DNA of 64,000 nucleotides, taken from assembly GCF_009914755.1 (NCBI RefSeq), contig NC_060928.1; one strand, written 5' to 3'. Within the stretch, counting starts at the first letter, position 1, and the number at the start of each line of letters is the position of its first letter. Below the pieces are notes generated by a model that did not search any database, had not been told where the DNA came from, and saw only the letters and a program-made list of their open reading frames with translations. The position numbers and the translations under genes were made by a program. This DNA is from the human T2T-CHM13v2.0 reference genome, Homo sapiens. Positions 41,922 through 57,290 of the stretch are shown one piece after another.

Positions 41922-42342
41922 TGATATGGTTTGGATCTGTGTTCCCACCCAAATCTCATTTTGAATTGTAATCCCCAAAGTTGGAGGTGGGGCTTGGTAG
42001 GAGATGATTGGCTCATGGGGGTGGCTTCTCCTGGCTTAACACATCCCCCTTGGTGTTGTCCTAGCAATAGTGGGTGAGTGAGTTATTGTGAGATCTGGTC
42101 ATTTAAAAATGTGTAGAACCTTTCCCCTCTCTCTCTTCCTCCTACTCCGGCCATGTAAGATGTACTGCCTGCTTCCTCATTGCCTTCCACCATGACTGAA
42201 AGTTTCCTGAGACCTCCCTAGAAGACAAACAGATGCCAGATTCATGCTTCTTGTACAGCTTACAGAACCGTAAGCCAGTTAAACCTCTCTTCTTTATAAA
42301 TTACCCAGTCTCTGGCATTTCTTTATAGCAAAGCAGATATAC
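41922..42342 (+). mobile_element. MSTA-like MaLR LTR
   Basis: tgatatggtttggatctgtgttcccacccaaatctc...ttaaacctctcttctttataaattacccagtctc. Confidence 0.88.
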
Positions 42343-42399
42343 AGAGTATATCTTCACAATTTTTCTATAAATCTATGACTATTCTAAAATAAAACTTTA

Positions 42400-42900
42400 T
42401 TCTTCACGATTCACTGGATAGGATTAGCAGAAAATTAGACAGAAAAGACACAGGGACAGAAACTCATAGTAATCGAATGTGTCCAAAATAAAGCACAGAA
42501 CTTTTTTTTAAAAGACTGAAAGAAAAAATGCACAGAGACTGAGTGACTCTCGGGACAATGCAAAGCTGTCTGAAAAATATATATAACTGAAGTCTCAGAA
42601 TGAGAAACAGAGGCCAGAGAAAAATATTTGAAGAAATAATGAACAAAATTTTTCCAAGTCTGATGAAAGTAATTAAGATCACAGATCCAAGAAACTCAAC
42701 ACACCATAAGCAAGGTAATCAAACAAATAAAAAACACAATAAGGCATATCATAATCAAATTTCTGAAAACTCATGATAAAGAGAAAAATTTTTAAAGCAG
42801 CCAGAGAAGAAAATAACATATTATATACAAGGAACAAAAATAAAGTTAACAGCAAACTTATCGGAATCTTGCAAGCCAAGACAATGGGATGACACTAGTT
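42400..42900 (+). mobile_element. Old L1M ORF1 fragment
   Basis: aaaaatatttgaagaaataatg...acagatccaagaaactcaac...ttaaagcagccagagaagaaa. Confidence 0.75.
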
Positions 42901-43094
42901 CATAATTAGATCCAGGAATTTAATTTTAAAAGCCCTGAACATACAACTTAGAACTTAATCAAAGAGGTAAGATTTGCATACTGGAAGCAATTAGGAAATG
43001 ATTCCAGGGCAATGCATCAACTTGCATCTTATACGTAGACAAATTATGCCACTGATTTCCTAAAGTAACCTTTTGTCCAAGACAGAGTCCATAG

Positions 43095-43563
43095 TTGCAG
43101 CAGGTTGAATGGTGACCCCCCCAAAATATATGTCCATGTCCTAACACCCAAAACCTGTGAATGCAATCTTCTATGGAAAAAAAAGAGTCTTTGCAGATAT
43201 AATTCAATTAAGGATGTTAAGATGAGAAGATCATCCTGGATTACATGGGTGGGGGCCCTAAATCTAAGGACATTATGAGATAGAAGAGAAGACGCATACC
43301 CAGAGGAGAAGTCCATGTAAAGATGGAGGCAGGGATTGGAGTGATGCAGCCACAAGCCAAGGAACTGCAAGAGCCACCAGAAGCTGGACGAGGCAAGAAA
43401 GGATCCTCCCTAGAACCTTTGCAAGGATTAGGGCCTTTTACTGGCACCCTGATTTCAGATTTCTGGTCTCCAGAACAGTAAGAGAATAAATTCCTGTTTG
43501 TTTGTTTTTTTTAACCACCAAATTGTGGTAATCTTTTACAGCAGCCCTAGAAAACAAATACAA
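43095..43563 (+). mobile_element. MLT1C-like MaLR LTR
   Basis: ttgaatggtgacccccc...acctgtgaatg...gatgcagccacaagccaaggaa...cagcagccctagaaaacaaataca. Confidence 0.85.
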
Positions 43564-44124
43564 TCAGTCATTCACCCTGAATCTCCCTGAATCTATGACC
43601 CCATAAGAAATTCAGCAAGTTAGATCAGGTTTGAAGCCAAGAATAAAGGTCATATTTATGCTTTTGCTGTGTACTTAACATTAATAACTAATGATTAAAT
43701 GCTTTTATCTTTGTAAATACACAAAATGAAGTAGGTATAGAACCTATAAAGGGGTAAAGAACTCACAGCACAAGTCCCAGAGTCTGACGAGCGAGCAGGC
43801 CAGGCCTCTCTGCAGGGTGTTCACTCTACTCAGACTTAGGACATGTCACTTTCCCCTCTTGACCTCCATATTCAGATCTGGGCATAAGAGGAAGTGGGTA
43901 AAGACCCCTCTAGCTTTAACACTCCTCCAATACAGACAGAACTCTGAAACCAGAACCAGAAGCTGAGGAATGGTGAATGGAGCATTCTCACTGGCATGAT
44001 GGAGGAACCTGCAGATCTGGCTATTAGGATGGTGTCTCGCCATGTCAATGCCTCTGCAGAATTGGATCCTAGCTTTCAAATCAGACTCAAAACTGATCTT
44101 TAGTGTTGGTGGGTTTGTGGGGTT

Positions 44125-44765
44125 TTTGTTGTTGTTGTTGTTGTTTGATTTTTTTTTTTTTTTTGAGACTGTTACTGACACAACAGCTTCTGGTGGAACT
44201 CTTTCACGGAGAGTATGGGGGCTTCTTTGGCCAAATTGGCCGAGTGCAGGTTCCATCTGCTTGGCAGCCTCTGTCTGGGCCACAGCGCGTCCACAGCATC
44301 CTGCTCTTCTACAGAGGTTTCTTCAGACATTGCAGTGTGTCTGGCCATGTCATTTGTCACCGGTGTAAAAACAACAGAGCCTGCAGCTGCTGGCTGAGTG
44401 CCTGCAGCAGAATCCTGCTCCTCACAGGTGCAGCTACAAGGCGCCCCTGCTCCTTCCAAGAAGACAGGCACAGGGACGGCCAGATCCTACTCTCTCAGCC
44501 ACGGCAGTCTGTGTGGGCAGCAGGCCCGAGCTCTACCCCAGGACCTTCTTCTCGACTTCCCTTCCCCCAATTCCCACCAGGCAGTAGCACAGCTTCTCTG
44601 GCACGACTGGGGACTGGGCGCAGGGAGGGGAGGGGTGGCCAAGGGCCTGAGGCAGGTGGGCGGCCTGTGGCCCCCGAAGGACACCTGCTTTGGCTAAGAC
44701 GCCTCCTAGGGCTGCCCCAGCCTGGCTCCAGGCCTCAGCCTCTGCTGCCTCCAGGAGCCCCAAAA
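44125..44765 (-). pseudogene. Possible decayed retrocopy of unknown parent
   Basis: Abrupt GC-rich ~600 bp block ending (minus strand) in an A/(AAC)n tail; no repeat family recognised. Confidence 0.3.
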
Positions 44766-44769
44766 AGTT

Positions 44770-45592
44770 GTTTCAAGAAGGGATGAGACAATGCTGAAGA
44801 TGAAGCCCACAGCAGCAGACCATTCACATCAATTTGCAAGGAAAAAAAAAGTCTTGTTCATGCCCCCAATTAAAGGGGACTGTCAATTAACAGCAGAAAC
44901 AATAGCTAACACTACAGACATCACAATTGGTTCAGCTTACACAATTCTGACTAAAAAATTAAGTTGAGTGAACTTTCCCCTTAATGGGTGCCAAAACTGT
45001 TGCTCCAAGATCAGCTGCAAAGAAGAGCAGAGTTTTCTATGGAAATTTCAAACAAGAGGGATCAATAATCTGAAGCGTTTGTTCAAAGAATTGTAACAGG
45101 AGAGGAAACATGGTTTTACCGGTACAATCCTGAAGACAAAGCACAATCAAAGCCATGGCTACCAAGAGGTGGAAGTGGTCCAGTCAGAGCAAAAGAGGAC
45201 TGGTCAAGAGCAAAGGTGACCATTCTGGGGAATGCGCTAGGCATTTTGCTTGTTGACCTTCTGGATTCCCAAAGAACAATAACATCTGCTTATTATGATG
45301 AGAGTATCTTGAGAAAGCCAGCCAGAGCCTTAGCAGAAAATTGCCCAGGAAAGCTTCACCAGAGACTCCTTCTCCACCCGGACAATGCTCCTGCTCATTC
45401 TGCTCATCAAACAAGGGCATTTTTGCAAGAGTTTTAAAGGGAATCATCAGGCATCCACCTTACAGTCCTGATTTGACTCCTGACTTATTTTTGTTCCCTA
45501 ATCTTAAAAAATCATTAAAAGTCCACATTTTTCTTCAGTTAATAATGTAAAAATGCCTCCATTGACATGCTTAGATTCCCATGACCCTCAGG
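44770..45592 (+). mobile_element. HSMAR2-like mariner transposase fossil
   Basis: Mariner motifs WVP (44985), IVTGEETW (45090-45113), DNAPAH (45381), HPPYSPDLTP (45452); frameshifted. Confidence 0.9.
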
Positions 45593-45602
45593 GGTATTTA
45601 GA

Positions 45603-46189
45603 CTATTGGTTCTATTTCTGTAGAGAACCCTAATACCATATATCAATAGGTATGTGTGTCTGTGTACACACACACACATATATACACCATATATATGTGT
45701 GTATACACACATATATATATACCACAGAAAGAGAGAGAGAGCAATTTATTACAGGAATTGGCCCATGTGTTTATGGAGGCCAAGAAGTCCCACCACCATG
45801 TGTAAGCTGGAGAAGTAGGCAAGCCAGTGGTATAATTCAGTTCAAGTCTGAAGGCCTGACAACCAGGAGAGCTGATGATGTAAGTCCTGGTTCAAGTCTG
45901 AAGGTCCAAGGACCAGGAGCACTGATGGCTAAGGGCAGGAGAAGATGGCTGTTCTCATTCAAACAGAGAATGTTTGACCACCCTTCCTTTGGCTTTATGT
46001 TCTATTCTGGCACTTCCTCAACAGAGTGGATGATGCCTGCCCACATGGATGAGAGAAGATCTTCTTTATTCAGCCTACAGACTCTAATGCTAACTTCTTC
46101 CTAAAATACAGTCACAGACACACCCAAAAATAATGTTTTACCAGCTACCTGGGTATCCTTTAGCCTAGTCACTGACACCTAAAGTTAAC

Positions 46190-46190
<1 letters not shown>
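45603..46190 (-). mobile_element. MLT2B-like ERVL LTR with an inverted terminal segment
   Basis: atttattacaggaattggccc...ggaggccaagaagtcccac...cacagacacacccaaaaataatgttttaccagct. Confidence 0.8.

Positions 46191-46196
<6 letters not shown>

Positions 46197-46240
<44 letters not shown>
46197..46240. repeat. Pure (TG)~22 microsatellite
   Basis: Uninterrupted tgtgtg tract. Confidence 0.97.
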
Positions 46241-46241
<1 letters not shown>

Positions 46242-46802
46242 CTGTATTCTGTCACAGAGTCATTAACAGAACTTAAACATATGTCTACTTGCTTTTAATG
46301 ACATTATCTCACCTGCTTTAAGTAGAACGACCCATTTTAGAAATTTGGACAAAGCCAAGTATCCTTAGCTTTTTCCACCAAAGAAAGAGAAAAAAGCACA
46401 TGGCGCTAACATTCTGAGTATAAAGTATGTGCCGGGAACTCTTGGATACTTAAACACTCTCTCATCCTGAGAGGTCATCCGTTTTGAGGCTGGGGATGGA
46501 ATTCCCAGTGTCGTGTTTTATCATCTTTGCCTGGTCGGCTGGAGCAGGCTCCTCACCGGTATCTCTGCTTCTACTTTTTTTTTTTCCCAATAGTTCAGTC
46601 TGCTCAGAGGCACCAGAGTGTGATTCAAATATATCATGTCACTTTCCTGCCTAAAGTTCTTCACACATTTCCCATAGCAATTAGAATAAAATTCACACTC
46701 CCTTCAATGGCTTAAAACCTCTCTCTGCATATGGTCTGGCCTTTGCCTAACTTTCTAATTTCATCTGCAACTATTCTTTTCCCTGCTCACTGTGCTTAGC
46801 AT

Positions 46803-47157
46803 AGAGGTCTCCACACGACAGCCCACAGGCAAAAGCCAGCCTACTGCCTGTTTTTGTACAGCCTCTGAACCAAGAATGATTTTTACATTTTTAAATGGCT
46901 AGAAAAAAAGAAAAAAGAAAAGCAATATTTTGTGACACATGAAAATGAGATGCAATTCAAATTTCAGTGTTGATAAATAAAGTTACGTTGCAACATAGCC
47001 ATGCCCATTCATTTACGTATTGTCCAGGGTTGCTTTTAGGCTAAAGAAGCAGCTCTTATTTTTTAGAGCTCAGCTGTTGCAACCAAGGCTAAATGGCCCA
47101 CAAAGCTTGAAATATTTGCTAGCTGGCCCACTACAAAAGAAGTTTGCCAATTTTGCT
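46803..47157 (+). mobile_element. MER58B-like hAT-Charlie MITE
   Basis: ctgcctgtttttgtacagcc...aattcaaatttcagtg...tggcccacaaagcttgaaatatttgct...aagtttgccaa. Confidence 0.8.
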
Positions 47158-47505
47158 TTAGCCACAATGAAGACCTTTCTGTTGCTGAAACTCACTCTGT
47201 GCATTCCTTCCTCAGGGCTCCCTGTTTCCTAGTCTCTATTCCTGGTATGTTCTTCTCTAGCTTTTCACGTGGCTGGTTTGTTCTCATAAAGTCTGGCTTA
47301 ACTTGGACAAAACCAGCAGAAGGTCATATACTGTCAGACTGTATCTGCTTCCATAGTGACCAGTTTCCAAACCCTGCATAGACAGATTTGGTTTCAGATT
47401 CTACATTTTTATCTGGCAGTAGCGAGGCAATGAGAGCTTTCTTGAGGCCACGATTGGTTCTGAACTCCATCAACCTAGTGATTTCTCCTGCAATTGGCGT
47501 AAATG

Positions 47506-47722
47506 AAGCTTGTCCAACCTCACAGCCCATGGGCTGCAAGAGGCCCAGGACAGCTTTGAATGTGGCCCAACACAAATTCGTAAACTTTCTTAAAACATCA
47601 TGAGATTTTTTTGGGTATGTGATTGCTTTTTAGCTCATCAGCTATCGTTAGTGTGTTTTATGTGTGACCCAAGACAATTCTTCTTCTTCCCAGGGAAGAA
47701 GCCAAAAGATTGGACACCCCTG
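47506..47722. mobile_element. MER30-like hAT-Charlie MITE
   Basis: gcttgtccaacc...gctttgaatgtggcccaacacaaattcgtaaactttc...gaagccaaaagattggacacccctg. Confidence 0.88.
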
Positions 47723-48024
47723 ATATAAATGGATGTTCCTCCCCTCTCCCACCCAGGAGACTAAGAAGCTGAAGGAAGAGACTGTGTGTTCCATATCCCA
47801 GACTCAGGGGAGAAAACGAGATGTCACTGAAACTCTCCCCGTGGTCGTTTCAACCACATCTCCATCACATTATAGCCAGCAAGGGCGCAAGCACAGGCCA
47901 GAATTCTTAACGGAATTGTGGACATGGGACTTCCAACAGAGGATAAGGTTTGCTTTTATTACAGGGCACTGGTCCACCAAACAGGGCGTCAGTAGGCCCT
48001 CTGGATAAAAGCTACATTTATCCA

Positions 48025-48142
48025 TGATGTGGAGAGAGGTCTTCCGAGCTAAAGTCAGTGCACATGGTCTACACCACGTGTAGTGCGGTGTGGTGTAGAC
48101 AATGTGCACGGACCTTGGCTCAGAAGACCTCCCTCCACATCA
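48025..48142. repeat. Inverted repeat, 53-bp arms (47/53 complementary, no gaps), 12-nt loop
   Basis: Arm 1 at 48025-48077 is the reverse complement of arm 2 at 48090-48142. Confidence 0.95.
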
Positions 48143-48275
48143 GCTGCAGGGTGCTCCAAGTCACCCACCCACTCTGAGCCTATTTCCTCATCTGTAAAAT
48201 ACCAACCAGCCTAATCCTCTTAGAGATTGTTTAAGGATCTGGTGAGAAAATATTTTTACAACGCTTTTTAAACTA
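48085..48275 (+). mobile_element. MIR SINE
   Basis: gtgtggtgtag...gcacggaccttggctcagaagacc head and ctctgagcctatttcctcatctgtaaaat core. Confidence 0.7.
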
Positions 48276-48305
48276 AGTCTTAAAGAAATACAAAATATTT
48301 TACTA

Positions 48306-48640
<335 letters not shown>

Positions 48641-49075
48641 AATGCCACCATGGACAACTCCCATGATTTTGTGAGTATCTCAAGAGTATTTAATTAAGTT
48701 GGCACATCCTTAAATGTATTACTTTTAAATATATATAGGAGAAAAAGACATGTGTGAGGTTTGAAGGGATGTTGCTTAGAATGCAAATACATTCTGTGAG
48801 ATGTGGGGTGGGGACCGACTGTGGAGGCAGAGACGAGAGAGGGAGATTCTGAAAAAGGAAGCCGCAAGGATAACAGATCAAGGCCAAACCAGGAGAGAAA
48901 TGCGTCCAGACCTCCTGGGTAAGCATAACTCTCACACTAATGTGACAGCTTTAATTTAGAAAGTGTACATTTCCCAAAGCAATTCAGTGAATGGGGTTCA
49001 CTGTAGGAATTGTTTCAGGGTTACCAAGTGCAGTGAATACCAAGGGGAGTATTATGACAGAGCCTACTGAGGGAC

Positions 49076-49543
49076 TTTTTTTTTTTTTTTTTTTGAGACA
49101 GAGTCTTGCTCTGTCGCCCAGGCTGGAGTGCAGTGGTACGGCCACAGCTCACTGCAGCCTTGACCTCCTAGACTCAAGCAATTCTCCTGCCTCAGCCTCC
49201 CAAGGAGCTGGGACTGCAGGTATGTGCAACCCTGCTCAGCTAATTTTTTATTTCTTTTGTTTTTTAGAGACAGGGTCTCTCTCTGTCACCCAGGCTGGAG
49301 TGCTACGGTACAATCATGACTTATTGCAGCCTCGAACTCCTGGGCTTAAGTAATTCTCCCGCCTTAGACTTTGGAGTAGCTGGGACTACAAGAGTGCACC
49401 TTCACGCCCAGCTAATTTTTCATTTATTTTATTTTTTACACATGGGGTCTCGCTTTGTTACCCAGGCTGGTCTCAAATTCCTGGCTTCAAGCAGTCCCCC
49501 CACTTTGGCCTCCCACTGGGATTATAGGCACGAACCACCATGC
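49076..49543 (-). mobile_element. AluJ plus an extra stacked right monomer
   Basis: Two consecutive right arms (49076-49250, 49255-49420), then a left arm. Confidence 0.85.
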
Positions 49544-51129
49544 TATATGGAACTTTTGAATTGGGGTTTAGAAGAAAATGCAGTAAGTTCTGAGAGACTG
49601 AGGATGATGCTTGGCCAAAGGGCTGGTTTGAACATGAAATGTATCTCTATTAATGCCCGTGTGAGGGCCCAGAGGTGCCTTGGCCCTGGAGTCAGGAGAT
49701 GTGGGTCCCAGGCAGTGCTCTGACATGCCCTAGCTGAGCAGAGCTGCTCTCTGGGAGCCAGTTTTCTGCTTGGTAAAATTAGGACAATATGCTCTATCTT
49801 TCGGGTTGGGGAGGGTGGTGCGAGGAGCAGAAATAATGCGTGGAAAGCAATCTGCACCGTGCCCTGCAGGAGAGGAAGCTGCTGTTCCTGTTTGCATGTG
49901 CCAGGCCAGTTACTGTAGAGATGTACGCTTCATTAAAACACCGTCATCTTCACCAGGCTGCAGAGATACCAGGGTTACAGCACAGCTGAGATGAGGAGCT
50001 GACTGATCCTGTTGGGAGGACCTGGAGATGATTCATGGTAAGAGCACTACAGGAAGAGAGAGAAGCATCTGCTTCCTCGAGTGCCAGGGTGGCAGAGAGG
50101 CCACCGGAAGTCTTCACTTGGCTGAAGACTTGCAGTGAGTCTGGGGTTTAATTCAGAGGATTGAGAGAAGGCCAGCACCATGGGAATTGTTCAGCATGGG
50201 GGTCCAGGGCCAACAGAGAGAATTCTGATTGTATTCAAGAAGAAAGGCGAAACTCGGAGCTAGGATAGCTGAGCTGAGCAGGAGGTCAGAGAAGTAGGAG
50301 TAGCATGCAGAAAGTGGGCCAGCAGCCGGGAGAGGCCTGCGAGGTGGGATGTGCACACGGCTGATGCTGGACACCTGGAGCCAGGGCGTGACGGGGGCAC
50401 TGGCTGACTGCCCAGGGCCCATGCCTTATCCCCCGCCCCCACCCACCACGCCTGCCCACACTTTTCTGTGTGGGTCCTCACCCAGCCTGGCCACGCTCCA
50501 GTGGCATCCGCAGCTCTGCTCTTTTCCTCACCCACAAAGAGCACAACAAAGAGGGCAGCAAGGTTAGGCCAGGTGAGAGGCCACTCACCCTGGCCAGCAA
50601 GTATGGGTGAGGCAGGACATGCCAGGCCCCTGGCAATCCAGAAGTCCCCTTGGAAGAGATGGAAGACGCAATTCCATCCAGCAAGAACCAACCCTCTTGC
50701 CCACTTACCAATCCCATTCTCTCCACGTAGCCCTCCAAAGCAACTCCCCGAGCATCTTCAAAGCCGGAGGCCTGGAAGTGATGAGAGGCCAACATGCGCT
50801 CTAATGAGATACAGCCCTGGGTTCCACTTCATCTCCTTGAGACTCCAGCTTTTGCTTGCTCTCTCCATGTCCACCTTCCCTTCCTGACTGCCAGCGGCAG
50901 CCGGCAGATCATATTTCCATGCGGCAGCTCAATGCACTCAGCCAATGCATAAAGGAAGCCAGTGGAAGGTTATCAATAAATAATGGATCAAACAGGGAGA
51001 GTGTGAAAGATGAATACTGGATGTTTTCCAGGACTTTGCACAGTCATTCATATGCATATATACCTTGCAAATTTCCAAGAAGAAAATATAGCATGTGGCA
51101 TGTCTCAAACTTGATTGTTCTATAGAAAA

Positions 51130-51859
<730 letters not shown>

Positions 51860-51929
51860 GAAAACCTCTTACTATCTGCATGATCTGTTTAGGATGTGCT
51901 GAAATAGTATTATTCACCATTTCAATACT

Positions 51930-52248
51930 ATTTTATTTATTTATTTTTATTTTTTTTTTTTTGAGATAGAATCTTGTTCTGTCACCCAGGCTGGGGTGCA
52001 ATGGCACGATCTTGGCTCACTGCACCCTCCACCTCCTGAGTTCAAGCGATTCTCCTGCCTCAGCTTCCCGAGGAGCTAGGATTACAGGCACGTACCACCA
52101 CGCCCAGCTAATTTTTGTGGTTTTTTCTAGTAGAGATTGGGTTTCACCATGTTGGCCAGGCTGGTCTGGAACTCCTGACCTCAGGTGATCCGCCCACCTC
52201 AGTCTCCCAAAGTGCTAGGATTACAGGCGTGAGCCACTGCACCCGGCC
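51930..52248 (-). mobile_element. AluSx-like
   Basis: Full dimer; TSD aatactattttatt. Confidence 0.95.
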
Positions 52249-52639
52249 CAATACTATTTTATTAAAGCTTTTCTATTTTCTTATTTTCTAAAAATAAGTT
52301 TATTTTTATTTATTGGTTATCTAGTATCACTGATTTCTAAGTACTAACTTTCCCCATCTTTGTGTGAGTTCTTTGCACCTGATTCACATAAATCCTTGAA
52401 TGGTACCTACTCTATAAATAGACAAACGCTTCCCGTGCATTCTCAGCCTGCATTCATAATCCCTCCCTAACCAGCCACTGCGGTGGCTTTGTACTGTGTC
52501 AATGTACCTAAGCTGAACTATGTTTCTCAGAAAATCTGAGCAAAATTTGGAAGGCAGAAGTGAAACAGCAGTCATATTTACAGTCAAAGTCTGTGTAGGG
52601 CCAGGCGCTGTGGTGGCTCACACACAATGCCAGGCAGCC

Positions 52640-55247
<2,608 letters not shown>

Positions 55248-56031
55248 CTCTCCCCAAAGACCTGAACTGTAAAGCAGGAAGCCAATTTATTACTTTATAA
55301 GAAAGATTAGGTCTTTCCAAAGACTACTTACTCCATCCTCGGCAGCCCCTTCCAGGTATCCAGGTCCCTTCAAGGCTACTGGATGAATAAGAAAACAGAG
55401 CACAGAGACCCACAGGCCTGGTGACACCTACTGAAGCTCCTGCCCCAAGCTGTGTCCACCAGTGACTGCCATTTCCTTTTCCCACCCTACCCCCAATGCT
55501 GGCTGTCTCATTTGTTCTGGAGAGGGTTTATGTCCACCCATCTCCTGCTATTCATAGTCATTCTTTCCTAGATAAAGCAAGCACAACAGATTCATGTTCT
55601 TCCAGGTCAGTACACTTATTATGTTCAGTCTCACAGACGTTCCTGTAGATGTCCCGATACAACACACTGATTCATCAGGAGCATCACTCCTTAGTCAGTA
55701 GTTTACTGTTTATTCATTAGTCTGACTTCACTCATTACCTTTTTATTCTTCTTCATTGCAGTCTGAGAGGTTAACTTATCTCTGAGTTGGGATTGTCTTA
55801 GTGTCACCCCATGAACTGATATACATGGTCAGTCCCACCTATCAGCCAAAAGCAATGCCTAGTGACTTGTTTGGGTGCCGAACAAAGGGTGTTCATGTAT
55901 CATATCTTGAGAAAACATGAAGCTTCGCACATGTAGTTGTCCACCTAATATTTTCATTCTGAGGCACATGGGGCTGATTGGCTGCACTGAGCCACACGTT
56001 AGCATAACCCCTCTGGTTACTCTCAGTCCCT

Positions 56032-56956
<925 letters not shown>

Positions 56957-57089
56957 TTATTTCAATTTTCTGTTCCTTTTACTACTTTTTAAATCTTTCT
57001 ACTCCCTTTCCCCTCAAGCTTATACCATGGCACTCTCACACAAGTATGAGCTGTGCTGACAAACTGCTTCAATTCTTTTCGGGAAGCAG

Positions 57090-57290
57090 CAATGGTTAAA
57101 TCCTTACTTTTGCTGCAGAGCTTACTGTCAGTTCTCAGACGTGTGACCTCTTGGAGCCTCAGTCTCCTCATCTGCAAAATGGCGACAGCAGCTATTGTCA
57201 CCTGTTTTCTTCCCAAAATGACCATAAGGTTCAAATAAGATCATGTGGGTGAGAACACTGTGAAAGGCTTGGCAAGCCACACACATGTCA
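57090..57290 (+). mobile_element. MIR
   Basis: gagcctcagtctcctcatctgcaaaatgg...aggttcaaataagatcatg. Confidence 0.7.

Noticed and set aside
44165-44765. Assignment to a specific parent such as TATDN2
   Set aside because: Only faint remembered peptide resemblance; not supportable without alignment
52598-52625. Alu-like head gggccaggcgctgtggtggctcacac
   Set aside because: Too short to call an element; no body or tail
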